Shown here: in pieces, positions 41,992 to 54,180 of the stretch | Layout of the letters: each line of letters opens with the position of its first letter | Position numbering within the stretch: the stretch's first letter is position 1 | NCBI GenBank assembly: GCA_051251915.1 | Contig: JBPOGF010000021.1 | Span: 13,513 to 77,512, forward strand | Direction of reading: 5' to 3' | From: Akkermansiaceae bacterium | GTDB taxonomy: Bacteria > Verrucomicrobiota > Verrucomicrobiia > Verrucomicrobiales > Akkermansiaceae | DNA length: 64,000 nt | Notes under the pieces: generated by a model | The model's input: the letters and a program-made list of their open reading frames with translations, nothing else | What the model was told of the DNA's origin: nothing | The model's database searches: none | Position numbers and translations under genes: made by a program

Positions 41992-42609
41992 TTACGGCAT
42001 CCCCGGCACTGACCCGTATCCCACAAAGGTCGATTTGGAATTCTTACTAGGTAGCTTGAAATCAAAGATCCCGTAGCCATCTCCCTTCTTACCCCGGTAG
42101 CTACGCCCCTTGCTCGCACAAGCCATGATCCGTCTACCATCCGCCTCTCTTCCTAAATAAATCCCCACATGAGAGATATTCACAGTTCGCCCATCCGTAG
42201 GAGTATATGTCCCTGACCAGAACAACAAATCACCCACTCTGAGATACTTAAACGCAGCATCATCCATCGACACCACCTTCTTCCCTACCAAATGAATCTT
42301 CGAATTATCCCTTATCCAGACAAACTGCTGAGCGGAAGTCCTCGGTGGATTATAGCCACAGCGCTTCAATACATATGACATCGCCCCTGAGCAGTCGAAA
42401 CCACCATTTTTGGGGTGCGCACTGCCAAACTTATAAGGCAAATGCTTATACTCCTTCACCACCTGCTTCGCCTGAGAAACCAAGACACCTCGCTTGCCCA
42501 CTACCATCGGATAACTCATCACATTCACCGAGGTCTTCGCAACACAGCAACTCAGCAGGAAACAAAGACCCGCCCATTTCAACAAAGAATAATACCGTTT
42601 CATCACCAT
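41992..42609 (-). CDS. NlpC/P60 (C40) peptidase, putative lipoprotein
   Basis: PYKFG, FDCSG, PRTSAQQ, GDLLF, SHVGIY. Confidence 0.9.
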   Translation of the reverse strand: MVMKRYYSLLKWAGLCFLLSCCVAKTSVNVMSYPMVVGKRGVLVSQAKQVVKEYKHLPYKFGSAHPKNGGFDCSGAMSYVLKRCGYNPPRTSAQQFVWIRDNSKIHLVGKKVVSMDDAAFKYLRVGDLLFWSGTYTPTDGRTVNISHVGIYLGREADGRRIMACASKGRSYRGKKGDGYGIFDFKLPSKNSKSTFVGYGSVPGMP

Positions 42610-42618
42610 AACCTCAGT

Positions 42619-43332
42619 CTAATCCTCAGGAGTTACTCCCACAATGATATTAAATTCCGCCGTCAACTCCCCTACCTTAGATCCCACAAGCGGCACAAAT
42701 TTCACGATCAGCGCCCCTCTATGCTCACCCGCTCGGCGCAACAATCCATCTCGCTCATTCTGCGCCTCACCATCAATATACAACTGCGTGGTCAACAAAT
42801 GCTTCCCCTTATGGCTCACCTTCACATGGATATGCGGAGTGCGTCCCGGATATGACACTGGCTTAATTGTCCTAAAATAATACTCCCCCTTCACCCCAGT
42901 AGAAAACCTTCCATATCCCTGGAAGTTTTTGTCACGCTTCCCATTCCTAGGATCTCGCGTGTGGATATATGCCCCAGAGTGATCCACCTGCCAAATCTCC
43001 ACCAAAGCATTGCGCAACGGGTTCCCCTTCACATCCGTCACTTTCCCATGCAGATGCGTCACCTCTCCCAACGCTGGCGTGATCACATCACTAAGAATCA
43101 GCAAATCATTATCCGTATCCAGCGGCATCACATTAGGATAAAACGGCCCCTCGACCTGCTTCGGCGTCAACTCTAACAACTCAGCAAACAACCCAGGCGC
43201 CGCAAACAAAGCAGCTCCACCTACCACCGAACGACATACAAATTCTCGTCGAGAAATTGCCGTCGAGAGAAGACCACCCTCACTCATTTCTTTATCATCC
43301 ATAATAGCAAACTCTAAACCATACTCGCCCAC
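42619..43332 (-). CDS. Tat-exported intradiol dioxygenase-like protein
   Basis: SRREF leader; EGPFY, VEIWQ..G.Y, FRTIKP..YPGRTPHIH, TTQLY; start uncertain. Confidence 0.88.
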   Translation of the reverse strand: MGEYGLEFAIMDDKEMSEGGLLSTAISRREFVCRSVVGGAALFAAPGLFAELLELTPKQVEGPFYPNVMPLDTDNDLLILSDVITPALGEVTHLHGKVTDVKGNPLRNALVEIWQVDHSGAYIHTRDPRNGKRDKNFQGYGRFSTGVKGEYYFRTIKPVSYPGRTPHIHVKVSHKGKHLLTTQLYIDGEAQNERDGLLRRAGEHRGALIVKFVPLVGSKVGELTAEFNIIVGVTPED

Positions 43333-43590
43333 CCCACAAGTTCAGAAACATCTCCCTCTCTCCAAAATATTTAGCAGGTCGTCACATCCATCCACCATTA
43401 CCATGCATCATCATGAATCCATATGTATAGAGACTTTAAGCAATATAATGAATTAAATTCATCCATGTAATTAAATTTAATCATTTTTAAAACAAACCCC
43501 TATTAGAATTAAAAAACTGAATCGCAAAACACTAAAATAGAATCCATTAACTCAAATACTATGCAGTTATGACAGTAGTGGTTAAAGAAC

Positions 43591-43606
43591 TGGCACAGGC
43601 TCTGCT
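43591..43606 (+). promoter_or_regulatory. Sigma-54 (-24/-12) promoter
   Basis: TGGCACAGGCTCTGCT = GG-N10-GC, 65 bp upstream of the urea cluster, preceded by an AT-rich tract. Confidence 0.8.
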
Positions 43607-43670
43607 GAGTGCAACCTACTACACAGGTCATACGGCCTGATTAAACATACAAACTAAACAACAAGATACT

Positions 43671-44450
43671 ATGAACAAACAATTATTAACTGCACTCGGA
43701 ACTGTAGCCATCACAACTTCTTCTCTTTTTGCAGGAGATTTCGCTACACCTATCGCCCCTGAAACACCAGTAGAATCCAAACTATCAGGATCTCTATCTC
43801 TTGATCTTAATTCACACTTCATCTCTTATGGATTTGACGTTTGGGGTGGAGGCGATTCTTTAACCAGTAAACCAACATTCAACCCTAGCGTAGGCCTCGA
43901 CTACGCACTCACTGAAAGCCTCACACTCAGCACAGGTTTCTGGCTAGACGTAAACGGCCACCATGGCGTAAACACGAAGGTTCAAGAGACAGATATCTGG
44001 ATCGGCGCTGCATACACTCAAGGGATAGCTACATACAGTGCTACATACCAAACTTGGCAATACGCAAGCGACTCCGAGATCATCCTAGACCTCGGCGTTT
44101 CTTTCGACACATTCCTTAGCCCGTCACTCACTGTTCATCACAGACTCAACGAAGGTGCTAGTGGTGGCTTCGATGGAACATTCCTCGTTCTTGGGGCAGA
44201 GCACTCCTTCGACCTTAGCGACAAGTTCTCTATCACTATTCCACTTTCTGTCGGCTTCGCAATCGACGATTTCCACACTACAGAAGATGGATACGGATTC
44301 GCTTCTATCGGACTCCAAGGCAGCTACGCTCTCTGTGATTCAACATCACTTAACGCAGGTGTCACATTCTACGACACCGATTCAGGTGTGATTGGTAATC
44401 CAGAAGATCAGTTCATTACAGCAAATGTAGGACTTTCATTCAGCTTCTAA
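43671..44450 (+). CDS. Putative outer-membrane porin (TorF-like)
   Basis: Signal peptide, beta-strand pattern, ETDIWIG, C-terminal LSFSF; first gene of the urt operon. Confidence 0.7.
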   Translation: MNKQLLTALGTVAITTSSLFAGDFATPIAPETPVESKLSGSLSLDLNSHFISYGFDVWGGGDSLTSKPTFNPSVGLDYALTESLTLSTGFWLDVNGHHGVNTKVQETDIWIGAAYTQGIATYSATYQTWQYASDSEIILDLGVSFDTFLSPSLTVHHRLNEGASGGFDGTFLVLGAEHSFDLSDKFSITIPLSVGFAIDDFHTTEDGYGFASIGLQGSYALCDSTSLNAGVTFYDTDSGVIGNPEDQFITANVGLSFSF

Positions 44451-44526
44451 GTTGACCACGTAATCGTTCATCAAATTACAAATAAAAAACAGCTTCACCC
44501 TCCCAACTAAATCAAAATTCAATACT

Positions 44527-45780
44527 ATGAAATCAACTATTAAAAAATTAGCCGCTGCAGCTTGCATCACAGGAAGCATGCTTACAGCACAGGCAGAAGA
44601 AGAAACCGTCAAGGTCGGCGTTCTCCACTCACTCAGTGGCACCATGGCCATTTCAGAAACATCTCTCAGAGATGTTCTCCTTTTCACATTCGATGAAATC
44701 AACGCTAACGGCGGAGTCCTCGGTAAACAAATCGAACCTGTCGTAGTAGACGGAGCATCTGACTGGCCACTCTTCGCTGAGAAAGCTGAGCAGCTCATCG
44801 TTAAAGACAAAACAGTAGCCACTTTCGGTTGCTGGACATCTGTATCACGTAAATCAGTTCTCCCAGTTTACGAGAAATACAAAAACCTTCTCTTCTACCC
44901 TGTTCAGTATGAAGGAGAGGAAATGTCACCAAACATCTTCTACACCGCAGAAGCCGTAAACCAACAAGCCATCCCTGCAGTAGATTTCCTTCTCAAAGAA
45001 GGTTACAAAAAATTCTACCTCATCGGAACTGACTACGTTTACCCACAAACAACCAACCTCGTTCTCTTTGAATACCTCGCATCAAAAGGAATCAAAGTAG
45101 AGCAAATCGGTGGTGGTCTTCGTAAAAACGATAAAGGGGAAGTTGTCTCAGCAGGTAACTACACTCCATTCGGTCATAGCGATTTCCAACAAATCGTCGC
45201 CGACATCAAGAAGTTCTCCGCATCTGGTGATGCTTGTGTAATCAGCACCATCAATGGAGATGCTAACGTGCCATTCTTCAAAGAATTCTCCGCATCTGGC
45301 CTCACTTCAGAAGATTGCCCAGTCGTATCATTCTCTATCTCAGAAGATGAATTCCGTTCACTTCCTGCTAAAGACCTCGTAGGTCACCTCGGTTGCTGGA
45401 GCTACTTCATGTCTATCGACTCACCAGAAAACAAAAAGTTCGTAGACAGCTTCCAAGCTTGGCTCAAGACTTCCACTGTTCCTGGAATCGTCAAAGAAAA
45501 CCGCGTAACTTGTGCTCCAATGGCACTCTCATACGACGGCGTTTACCTCTGGAAAGCTGCAGTTGAAAAAGCTGAGAGCTTCGATCCTGAAAAAGTCATG
45601 AAGGCACTTGAAGAAGGCGTCAGCTTCGTAGGACCTAACGGCAAAGTCACTAGCCAGAAAAACCACCACCTCACTAAGGCAGTATACGTAGGTGAAACAC
45701 TTGAGAACGGCCAGTTCAGCATCATCGAGTCTATGAAAGACGTTGTTGGTGAGCCGTTCCTTAAAGGTACTTTTAAATAA
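44527..45780 (+). CDS. urtA: Urea ABC transporter substrate-binding protein
   Basis: [49 protein letters not shown]. Confidence 0.95.
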   Translation: MKSTIKKLAAAACITGSMLTAQAEEETVKVGVLHSLSGTMAISETSLRDVLLFTFDEINANGGVLGKQIEPVVVDGASDWPLFAEKAEQLIVKDKTVATFGCWTSVSRKSVLPVYEKYKNLLFYPVQYEGEEMSPNIFYTAEAVNQQAIPAVDFLLKEGYKKFYLIGTDYVYPQTTNLVLFEYLASKGIKVEQIGGGLRKNDKGEVVSAGNYTPFGHSDFQQIVADIKKFSASGDACVISTINGDANVPFFKEFSASGLTSEDCPVVSFSISEDEFRSLPAKDLVGHLGCWSYFMSIDSPENKKFVDSFQAWLKTSTVPGIVKENRVTCAPMALSYDGVYLWKAAVEKAESFDPEKVMKALEEGVSFVGPNGKVTSQKNHHLTKAVYVGETLENGQFSIIESMKDVVGEPFLKGTFK

Positions 45781-45817
45781 GTAACCCTAGTATTTTAACA
45801 CGACTTGTTCGTCATCA

Positions 45818-45851
45818 TTGCTCGCTCTCTATTAATACAGAGGGCGAGCAA
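45818..45851 (+). other. Intercistronic hairpin after urtA
   Basis: TTGCTCGCTCTCT-ATTAATAC-AGAGGGCGAGCAA; no U-tract. Confidence 0.6.
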
Positions 45852-45935
45852 CTTCCACACATTATCTATTTTTTCCCAACTCTAGCTCCCCCCCATAAGC
45901 ATCTCCCGCAAACTCACTTGCCTCACACTTTTCAC

Positions 45936-47627
45936 ATGCATCAAAATCCCGTTAACACACCGAGCACGAGCTACTACAGCTCCACCACACTCACAGTTTT
46001 CCGCCAACTATTGGCTACGCTAACCATCCTGATAACCACTTCATTTTATGCATTTGCCTCCACCTCAGAAGATGAGACCAGACAGCTCCTCGTAGATCTA
46101 GTCACCGGTGAGGCAGCCCAACAAGAAGCCACTCTCGAAGCTCTCTCAGAAAAAGGCGAGAAAATCATCGAAACCGTTGTCGAAGCCTGGAGAGCAGGAA
46201 AAATCAGCACCGTCCCACAAGCAGATGGCCAGACACCCATCGTTCTCCTCAAGACAGATGACGATTCCTACAAGAACCTCCTCGACGATTCCGCCTACAC
46301 ACCAGATTCAGAACCCAAAATCAACCGCCCATCCCGCGCACTCCGGAAAACCCTCCGCAGAATGGTCACCATCCTCCAACTCAACGCCCCAGACCTAGAA
46401 GACCGCATCGGAGCTGCCGAACGCCTTGGCATGAGCCAAAACCCGGAATATCTAGAAGACCTCAAAGCAAAACTCCCCAACCAAACCGACTCCCGCACCA
46501 AAGACGCATTCCAAACAGCCATCAGCATCTCTGAACTAGCCAATGGCACAGAAGAAGAAAAACTCGCCGCCGTCAAAACACTCGGCAAACTAAAATCCTT
46601 CAACTCCAGAGACTTTCTCACCGCTCTTCAAACCGAATACAAAGAAAAAGAAGGCTCAGAAGAAATGCTCACCGCTATCAAGGCTACCATCGCCAGAATC
46701 GACAGCCACCAAACACTAGTAGACTGGGCAGGCACCCTACTCCGTGGACTCAGCCTCGGCTCCGTCCTCCTCCTAGTATCCTACGGCCTCGCCATCACCT
46801 TCGGACAAATGGGCGTCATCAACATGGCTCACGGCGAATTCATCGCCATCGGCGGATACACCACCTACTTCATCCAGAACCTCTTCGCCTCACAATTCGG
46901 CGCATCCAGCTCAGCATTCGGTTGGTATTTTATAGTAGCTCTCCCCTGCGCATTCCTCGTCGCAGCCATCGCCGGCGCCATCCTTGAAAAAGGCCTAATC
47001 CAGTTCCTCTACACCCGCCCACTAGAATCACTCCTCGCCACCTGGGGAGTCTCCATGGTCCTCCAGCAACTCTTCAGAATCTACTTCGGATCAGCAAATG
47101 TCTCCGTCTCATCACCTGAATGGCTCTCAGGTAGCTACCACCTCGCAGGTGTCTCCATGTCCTACAACAGACTCCTACTCATCGCCTGCGCCATCATCCT
47201 CATCTTCGTCACCTGGCTCCTCATGAACAAAACCAACTGGGGACTCCACGTCCGCGCCACCATGCAAAACCGCCAAATGGCAAGCAACCTCGGCGTCCCA
47301 TCAGGGAGAGTAAACATGCTCACATTCGCATTCGGATCAGGACTTGCTGGACTCGCCGGCGCATTCATCTCACAGATCGGAAATGTCGGCCCCCTCATGG
47401 GCAGCACCTACATCGTAGACAGCTTCATGGTCGTCGTAGCCGGCGGAGTCGGAAACCTCTTCGGAACCGCCATCTCAGCACTAGGCATCGGAGTCATCGA
47501 TCAGTCACTACAGCCCATCTTCGGCCCAGTCATGGGTAAAATATCCGTCCTATTCGGAATCATCATCTTCCTTCAGTTCAAGCCCGGAGGCCTCTTCCCA
47601 TCTCGCTCACGCAGCCTAGATGATTAA
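45936..47627 (+). CDS. urtB: Urea ABC transporter permease UrtB
   Basis: Periplasmic helical domain + [30 protein letters not shown]; start uncertain. Confidence 0.93.
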   Translation: MHQNPVNTPSTSYYSSTTLTVFRQLLATLTILITTSFYAFASTSEDETRQLLVDLVTGEAAQQEATLEALSEKGEKIIETVVEAWRAGKISTVPQADGQTPIVLLKTDDDSYKNLLDDSAYTPDSEPKINRPSRALRKTLRRMVTILQLNAPDLEDRIGAAERLGMSQNPEYLEDLKAKLPNQTDSRTKDAFQTAISISELANGTEEEKLAAVKTLGKLKSFNSRDFLTALQTEYKEKEGSEEMLTAIKATIARIDSHQTLVDWAGTLLRGLSLGSVLLLVSYGLAITFGQMGVINMAHGEFIAIGGYTTYFIQNLFASQFGASSSAFGWYFIVALPCAFLVAAIAGAILEKGLIQFLYTRPLESLLATWGVSMVLQQLFRIYFGSANVSVSSPEWLSGSYHLAGVSMSYNRLLLIACAIILIFVTWLLMNKTNWGLHVRATMQNRQMASNLGVPSGRVNMLTFAFGSGLAGLAGAFISQIGNVGPLMGSTYIVDSFMVVVAGGVGNLFGTAISALGIGVIDQSLQPIFGPVMGKISVLFGIIIFLQFKPGGLFPSRSRSLDD

Positions 47628-47683
47628 CCCCACTCCCCCCGCAGCTAAGACCACTCACATCACACATTTCAACATACCCAATC

Positions 47684-48832
47684 ATGTTCAACAACCTACC
47701 AGCCACACTCAAGGATAAATCTGACCTCTCATTCTACGGAATACTATTTACCTTCATGTCCATCCTCCTCCTAGGAAATGCCCTCGGAGCAGAAGGCTCA
47801 CTATTCCACTTCACCAGCTTCACACTCAGTGTCTGGGGGAAATACCTCTGCTACGCAGTACTCGCCATCAGTCTCAACATGCTCTGGGGATACACCGGAC
47901 TCCTCTGCCTCGGCCAGTGCCTGTTCTTCGCCGTCGGAGGCTACGCCTTCGGCATGTATCTCATGCTCATGATCGGCGTAGACCCCACCTACAACACCGC
48001 CCTACCAGACTTCATGGACTTCATGGGAAAAACTGAACTACCCGCATTCTGGCAGCCCTTCCACAACCCCGTCTTCGCCTTCCTCGCAGCCATGATCGTC
48101 CCCGGACTCATCGGCTTCATCTTCGGATTACTCGCCTTCAGATCTCGCATCAAAGGAGTCTACTTCTCCATCCTTACCCAAGCCCTCACCTACGCAGCTG
48201 CCCTCCTCTTCTTCAGAAATGAATTCGGCTTCGGAGGCAACAACGGCTTCACCAACTTCAAATACATCCTCGGAGCAGACATCAGAACAGAAGCTACTGC
48301 TCGCTGGCTATTTGTCGCCTCCACCGTCTTACTAGCATCCGTCTACTGGCTCATCTCATGGCTACTTAAAACCAAATTTGGTAAAGTCCAACAAGCCATC
48401 AGAGACTCAGAAAACCGCGTCCGTTTCTCCGGCTACTCCACCACTCATTTTAAAGTCTTCATCTTCGTCATCAGCGCCGTAATCGCCGGTGCAGCTGGTG
48501 CCCTCTACGTCCCACAGGCAGGTATCATCAACCCTAATGAAATGTGGCCTACCAAAGGTCTAGACATCGTAGTCTGGGTCGCCGTCGGTGGTCGAGGAAC
48601 CAAGATCGGACCTGTCATCGGAGCGCTCGTTGTCAACTTCCTCAAAAGCTGGGCAACCCAAGAATACCCAGAATCCTGGCTCATCATCCTAGGCGCCATC
48701 TTCATCCTCGTCGTCCTATTCATGCCAGACGGAATCGTCGGAGTCTGGAATAAAGCAAAAGCCCGCTTTGCTAAACCTTCCAACACTGACAACACTCCAA
48801 CCATCGAAGACACACAAAAAGAAGTCGCTTAA
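47684..48832 (+). CDS. urtC: Urea ABC transporter permease UrtC
   Basis: [39 protein letters not shown]. Confidence 0.93.
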   Translation: MFNNLPATLKDKSDLSFYGILFTFMSILLLGNALGAEGSLFHFTSFTLSVWGKYLCYAVLAISLNMLWGYTGLLCLGQCLFFAVGGYAFGMYLMLMIGVDPTYNTALPDFMDFMGKTELPAFWQPFHNPVFAFLAAMIVPGLIGFIFGLLAFRSRIKGVYFSILTQALTYAAALLFFRNEFGFGGNNGFTNFKYILGADIRTEATARWLFVASTVLLASVYWLISWLLKTKFGKVQQAIRDSENRVRFSGYSTTHFKVFIFVISAVIAGAAGALYVPQAGIINPNEMWPTKGLDIVVWVAVGGRGTKIGPVIGALVVNFLKSWATQEYPESWLIILGAIFILVVLFMPDGIVGVWNKAKARFAKPSNTDNTPTIEDTQKEVA

Positions 48833-48859
48833 ACCCTAGCTCTAACACTTTCTAACAAC

Positions 48860-49648
48860 ATGTCACATTCTCCACTCTACCGCGACACCGACCTCGTCCT
48901 CTCCATTGAAGGCGTCACCAAGTCATTCGATGGATTCAAAGCCATCAACGACCTCAACTTCTACCTAGCAGAAGGCGAGCTAAGAACCATCATCGGCCCA
49001 AACGGCGCAGGCAAAAGCACCTTCATGGACCTCATCACCGGCAGAACTCGCCCAGACGAAGGCAGACTCACCTACCACAGAAACGACGGCCACGATCGTG
49101 ACCTCACCAAACTCAGAGAATACGAAATCAACCGTCTAGGAATCTCCAGAAAATTCCAAACCCCATCCGTCTACACCGAGCACACCCTCTACGACAACCT
49201 ACTCCTCTCACTCAACCTCAACCGCGGCGTCCTCAAAACACTCTTCTACAAAGAAAGCAAAGCTGACCGCCAAAAAATCGAAGAAACTCTAGAGCTCATC
49301 AAACTCAAAGACAGCCGCTACGAAAAAGCCGGTAGCCTATCACATGGCCAAAAACAATGGCTAGAAATCGGCATGCTCCTCATCCAGGAACCCCAAATAC
49401 TCCTCGTAGACGAACCCGCCGCTGGCATGAGCGATGAAGAAACCGAGCGCACTGGAGAACTCCTCCTAGGCCTCGCCGGCAAGCACAGCATCATGGTCAT
49501 CGAACACGACATGGTATTCATCCGCCAGATCGCCACCCAGATCACCGTCCTCCACCAAGGCCACGTCCTCAAAGAAGGTAACTTCTCCGAAGTCGCCAAC
49601 GACCCAAAAGTCAAAGAAGTCTACCTCGGCAGAGCCAAACACGATTAA
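48860..49648 (+). CDS. urtD: Urea ABC transporter ATPase UrtD
   Basis: GPNGAGKS, RKFQTP, LSHGQKQWLEIGM. Confidence 0.93.
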   Translation: MSHSPLYRDTDLVLSIEGVTKSFDGFKAINDLNFYLAEGELRTIIGPNGAGKSTFMDLITGRTRPDEGRLTYHRNDGHDRDLTKLREYEINRLGISRKFQTPSVYTEHTLYDNLLLSLNLNRGVLKTLFYKESKADRQKIEETLELIKLKDSRYEKAGSLSHGQKQWLEIGMLLIQEPQILLVDEPAAGMSDEETERTGELLLGLAGKHSIMVIEHDMVFIRQIATQITVLHQGHVLKEGNFSEVANDPKVKEVYLGRAKHD

Positions 49649-49669
49649 CCCTATACCCATACAATTTCT

Positions 49670-50392
49670 ATGAGCACCACAACCGCAACCGAGCCCATGT
49701 TAGAGCTTACCGACCTCAACGTAGCATACGGCCAATCCCTCATCCTCCGTGACGTCAACATGACCATCCCAAAAGACAGCGTAGTCTGCCTACTAGGTCG
49801 CAACGGAGTCGGTAAAACCACCACCCTCAGAGGCATCATGGACGTCGCCAACACCCAGTCCGGCAACATCAAAATGCGCGGCGAATCCATCAACTCACTA
49901 GGCACAGAAAAACGCGCCCGCAACGGCATCGGCTACGTCCCCCAAGGAAGAGACATCTTCTCAAATTTAACAGTCTGGGAAAATCTCAAAGTCAGCATCT
50001 CCATCAAAGGCAAAGAAGCCCTCGAACGCCTAGACGAAGTCTACACACTCTTCCCCGTCCTCAAAGACATGAAGAACCGCAAAGGCGGAGTCCTATCAGG
50101 TGGCCAGCAGCAACAACTCGCCATCGGCAGAGCACTCCTCACCAAACCAGACCTTCTTCTGTTAGATGAACCCACAGAAGGCATACAGCCCTCCATCATC
50201 GACCAGATCGGAGACGCCATCAAGTATCTCAAAAAGACCCACAACATGAGCATCCTTTTAGTCGAACAATATCTCGACTTTGCCCGTGATGTTTCAGATT
50301 ATTTCTATATCATGGAACGTGGATCAATCGTTAAAAACGGTCCCACAAGCGAACTTTCAGACGAAATCATCACTCAATACCTTTCGGTTTAA
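49670..50392 (+). CDS. urtE: Urea ABC transporter ATPase UrtE
   Basis: [34 protein letters not shown]. Confidence 0.93.
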   Translation: MSTTTATEPMLELTDLNVAYGQSLILRDVNMTIPKDSVVCLLGRNGVGKTTTLRGIMDVANTQSGNIKMRGESINSLGTEKRARNGIGYVPQGRDIFSNLTVWENLKVSISIKGKEALERLDEVYTLFPVLKDMKNRKGGVLSGGQQQQLAIGRALLTKPDLLLLDEPTEGIQPSIIDQIGDAIKYLKKTHNMSILLVEQYLDFARDVSDYFYIMERGSIVKNGPTSELSDEIITQYLSV

Positions 50393-50462
50393 CCGGAAGA
50401 AATCACACTCTAACAAACCAACCAGCACCGTCGGAATCCTCCGAGGGTGCACTTTCATCATT

Positions 50463-50765
50463 ATGCATCTCACACCCAGGGAAAAAGAAAAATTAATGGT
50501 CGTAGTAGCCGCTGACCTCGCTCGTCGCAGACAATCTCGTGGCCTCAAGCTCAACTACGTAGAAGCCATTGCCATCATCACCTACGAAATCTTCGAAGGA
50601 GCACGCGATGGTAAATCCGTCGCCCAGCTCATGGACGAAGGCACCCGCATCCTCTCCAGAGACGATGTCATGGAAGGAGTCCCAGAAATGATCCACGACG
50701 TCCAAGCAGAAGCCACATTCCCAGACGGCACCAAGCTCGTCACCGTCCACAACCCAATCCAGTAA
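50463..50765 (+). CDS. ureA: Urease gamma subunit
   Basis: [27 protein letters not shown]; start ATG 50463 gives 100 aa. Confidence 0.97.
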   Translation: MHLTPREKEKLMVVVAADLARRRQSRGLKLNYVEAIAIITYEIFEGARDGKSVAQLMDEGTRILSRDDVMEGVPEMIHDVQAEATFPDGTKLVTVHNPIQ

Positions 50766-50779
50766 CCCAACACTTTCAC

Positions 50780-51091
50780 ATGATCCCAGGAGAAATTATC
50801 GCCAAAGACGCACCAGACCTAGAAGCCAACACCGGTCTAACAACCCTCACTCTAACAGTCGCCAACACCGGCGACAGACCCGTCCAGATCGGCAGCCACT
50901 TCCACTTCTTCGAGGTCAACCCAGCACTCAGCTTCGACCGCGAAGCCACACGAGGATTCCGCCTCAACATCCCCGCAGGAACCGCCGCCAGATTCGAACC
51001 CGGAGACGAAAGAGAAGTAGAACTCGTCTCCCTCGCAGGCAACCGCTCCGTCTGGGGCTTCAACGCAAAAATCAACGGCAACCTAGACTAA
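50780..51091 (+). CDS. ureB: Urease beta subunit
   Basis: [27 protein letters not shown]. Confidence 0.97.
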   Translation: MIPGEIIAKDAPDLEANTGLTTLTLTVANTGDRPVQIGSHFHFFEVNPALSFDREATRGFRLNIPAGTAARFEPGDEREVELVSLAGNRSVWGFNAKINGNLD

Positions 51092-51107
51092 AAAACTTAC
51101 CACCACC

Positions 51108-52883
51108 ATGAGCCTAAAACTTACCCGCCAACAATACGCCGAGCACTACGGACCCACCACCGGCGACCAAGTCCGCCTAGCAGACACAGAACTCTTCATC
51201 GAAGTCGAACGCGACCTCATCGCAGAAAACGGCGGCTACGGAAATGAAGTCAAATTCGGCGGAGGCAAAGTCATCCGCGACGGCATGGGCCAGTCATCCA
51301 CCGCACTCGATGCAGACTGCCTAGACCTCGTCATCACCAATGCCCTCATCATTGATGCTGAACTCGGCATCATCAAAGCAGATATCGGAATAAAAGCAGG
51401 CCGCATCGTTGGCATCGGCCACGCCGGAAACCCAGACATCCAAGACGGCATCGGCTCCCAATTCTCAGACCCAACCACCGGCAAACTAGACTCCATGATC
51501 ATCGGCGCAGGCACAGAAGTCATCGCCGGAGAAGGCTCCATCATCACCGCCGGCGGAGTAGACTCACACATCCACTTCATCTGCCCACAGCAAATAGACG
51601 AAGCCATATCCAGCGGCGTCACCACCATGCTCGGCGGCGGCACCGGCCCAGCCACAGGAACCAACGCCACCACCTGCACCCCAGGCGAATGGAACATCCA
51701 CCGCATGCTAGAAGCCGCAGACGAATACCCAGTGAACCTCGGATTCCTAGGAAAAGGAAACTGCGCCACAGAACAACCACTCATCGAACAAGTCAACGCC
51801 GGCGCCATCGGCCTCAAACTCCACGAAGACTGGGGCACCACACCCGCCACCATCGACACCTGCCTAACAGTAGCAGACAAAATGGACGTCCAAGTAGCCA
51901 TCCACTCAGACACCCTCAATGAAGCCGGCTTCGTAGAAGACACCATCGCAGCCATCGGCGGACGCACCATCCACACCTACCACTCAGAAGGAGCAGGCGG
52001 CGGACACGCACCAGACATCCTAAAAATCTGCTCCTATCCAAACGTCCTCCCATCCTCCACCAACCCCACCAGACCATTCACCGTCAACACCATCGATGAA
52101 CACCTAGACATGCTCATGGTCTGCCACCACCTAGACTCCAAAATCCCAGAAGACGTCTCATTCGCAGAGTCCCGCATCCGCCCCCAAACCATCGCCGCAG
52201 AAGACATCCTCCACGACTACGGTGCCATCTCCATGATCTCCTCAGACAGCCAAGCAATGGGCCGCGTAGGAGAAGTCCTCACCCGCACCTGGCAGACCGC
52301 ACACAAAATGAAAGTCCAGTTCGGCAAACTAGAGAACAAAAACAGCGACACACAACAACCCGCAGATAACTTCCGCGTCCTCCGCTACATCTCTAAATAC
52401 ACCATCAACCCAGCCATCACCCACGGCATGGCATCAGAGATCGGCTCACTCATGGTCGGCAAGCTCGCAGACATCGTCATCTGGAAACCCATGCTCTTCG
52501 GCGTCAAACCAGAACTCATCCTCAAAGGCGGCATGATCGCCATGGCAAACATGGGCGACCCAAATGCCTCCATCCCCACACCACAACCCACCTTCTACCG
52601 CCCACAATTCGCCGCCCACGGAAAAGCAAAATTCCGCACCTCCGTCACCTTCGTCAGCAAACAATCCCTAACAGAAGGCCTCGCAGATAAAATCAACGTC
52701 CAGAAAAAACTCGTCCCCATCTCCAACACCAGAAACGTCACCAAAGCAGACCTCCTCTACAACGACGCCACCCCAGATATCCAGATCGACCCAGAGACCT
52801 ACACCGTCACCGCAGACGGAGAGCACCTCACCTGCGAACCCATGTCAGAGCTCCCCCTAGCCCAGCGCTACTTCCTATTTTAA
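51108..52883 (+). CDS. ureC: Urease alpha subunit
   Basis: [52 protein letters not shown]. Confidence 0.99.
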   Translation: MSLKLTRQQYAEHYGPTTGDQVRLADTELFIEVERDLIAENGGYGNEVKFGGGKVIRDGMGQSSTALDADCLDLVITNALIIDAELGIIKADIGIKAGRIVGIGHAGNPDIQDGIGSQFSDPTTGKLDSMIIGAGTEVIAGEGSIITAGGVDSHIHFICPQQIDEAISSGVTTMLGGGTGPATGTNATTCTPGEWNIHRMLEAADEYPVNLGFLGKGNCATEQPLIEQVNAGAIGLKLHEDWGTTPATIDTCLTVADKMDVQVAIHSDTLNEAGFVEDTIAAIGGRTIHTYHSEGAGGGHAPDILKICSYPNVLPSSTNPTRPFTVNTIDEHLDMLMVCHHLDSKIPEDVSFAESRIRPQTIAAEDILHDYGAISMISSDSQAMGRVGEVLTRTWQTAHKMKVQFGKLENKNSDTQQPADNFRVLRYISKYTINPAITHGMASEIGSLMVGKLADIVIWKPMLFGVKPELILKGGMIAMANMGDPNASIPTPQPTFYRPQFAAHGKAKFRTSVTFVSKQSLTEGLADKINVQKKLVPISNTRNVTKADLLYNDATPDIQIDPETYTVTADGEHLTCEPMSELPLAQRYFLF

Positions 52884-52905
52884 AAGGCACTAAAAAATCT
52901 AACAA

Positions 52906-53331
52906 ATGGCAATCCTAATAGAACACACCGCAGAAGCCAACGCCTCCATCGTGCCTATTATCATTAAAGTAGATCGCCACACCCTCTACAAAAGACGCTG
53001 GCGCGCCACCGCAGAAAACGGCACAGAACTAGCCGTCAACCTACCCGCCCCAGTCCCAGAAGGCACCATCCTCACCAGCGCCAACGATGAGCACTACCTC
53101 ATCCAGCAAACCACCGAAGACGTCCTCGTCATCTCCCTCCCCACCTCCACCCAACTAGCCGCCCAAGTCGGATGGTATCTAGGCAACCAACACCTCCCCG
53201 TAGAAATCCGCCCAGACGCCATCATCCTAGAAAAACTAGACACCCTAGCCGCATCCCTAGACCGCATCGGCATCCCCTACACCTTCAAACACGACGTCTT
53301 CCGCTGCAGAATGCACAGCCACCAACACTAA
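52906..53331 (+). CDS. ureE: Urease accessory protein UreE
   Basis: KRRWRA, GWYLGNQHLP, C-terminal HSHQH. Confidence 0.85.
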   Translation: MAILIEHTAEANASIVPIIIKVDRHTLYKRRWRATAENGTELAVNLPAPVPEGTILTSANDEHYLIQQTTEDVLVISLPTSTQLAAQVGWYLGNQHLPVEIRPDAIILEKLDTLAASLDRIGIPYTFKHDVFRCRMHSHQH

Positions 53332-53402
53332 AATAACCACCGTCTTCACCAACTCGATGCATCGTGCAATCAACATAAAACCGAACCCTAAGCACCAAGA
53401 AC

Positions 53403-53430
53403 ATTCGTGCAAATTCGTGTTATTCGTGGT
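53403..53430. repeat. Short tandem ATTCGTG x3
   Basis: ATTCGTG-CAA-ATTCGTG-TT-ATTCGTG between ureE and ureF. Confidence 0.65.
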
Positions 53431-53475
53431 AAGCGCCGCAGGCAACAACCCAAGCCCCCAACCCGAGCAGTATTC

Positions 53476-54165
53476 ATGACCGCCCCCGACACAGAATCTT
53501 ACGAATGGATCGCACGTGTTCTCCACTTCTCTGACAGCGCCCTCCCCGTCGGCGCCTACGCCCACTCCTTCGGCCTAGAAGGTGCCTGCCAGCTAAACAT
53601 CGTCCACGATAAAGAAACCCTCCGCACCTTTCTCAACCGAGACGTCACCACCGCCCTAACCCAAGTCGACCTCCCCCTAGTAGCCCACGCCCACTCAGCC
53701 GCACTAGACCAAAATATCGACCTCCTTCACCAACTAGACCAAACCTCCTACGCCCTCCGCCCCACCCGCCAGCTCAGAAATGCCGCCACCCGCATCGGCA
53801 AGCAACAAGCATCCCTCTACCACAAAACCTGGTCTCAGGAAGACAACCTCATTTCAAACCTCCCCCACACCCAGTCCCCCGTCGTCCTAGGCGCCATCAT
53901 GGCATACGAAAACGCCCCCGTCACCGCCGCACTCTGGTCCACCGCCTACCAAACATTCTCCGCCCTCCTCCAAGCCGCCCTCAAGCTCCTCCCCATCGGC
54001 CCCGCGGCCACCCAAGAACTCCTACACGGCGCCATGCTCAACATCAAACCCCACTTCCAAACCGCCCTAAAAACCACCATCGACCAAATGGGCTCCTTCA
54101 ACCCACTCTGGGACATCGCCGCCTCCAGACACGAGCACGCACCAGCCAGACTATTCATTTCATAA
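53476..54165 (+). CDS. ureF: Urease accessory protein UreF
   Basis: DSALPVGAYAHSFGLE, HEHAPARLFIS; start ATG 53476 preferred. Confidence 0.93.
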   Translation: MTAPDTESYEWIARVLHFSDSALPVGAYAHSFGLEGACQLNIVHDKETLRTFLNRDVTTALTQVDLPLVAHAHSAALDQNIDLLHQLDQTSYALRPTRQLRNAATRIGKQQASLYHKTWSQEDNLISNLPHTQSPVVLGAIMAYENAPVTAALWSTAYQTFSALLQAALKLLPIGPAATQELLHGAMLNIKPHFQTALKTTIDQMGSFNPLWDIAASRHEHAPARLFIS

Positions 54166-54180
54166 AATTCCCCAACACCC

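Noticed and set aside
43404..43420. NtrC site TGCATCATCATGAATCC upstream of the urea cluster
   Set aside because: Only one half resembles TGCACCA-N3-TGGTGCA; too weak to call
50280..50462. N-terminal extension of UreA in the ORF track
   Set aside because: Overlaps urtE; canonical UreA starts at ATG 50463
53407..53475. N-terminal extension of UreF (MQIRVIRGKRRR...)
   Set aside because: Translates the ATTCGTG repeat spacer; ATG 53476 is more plausible
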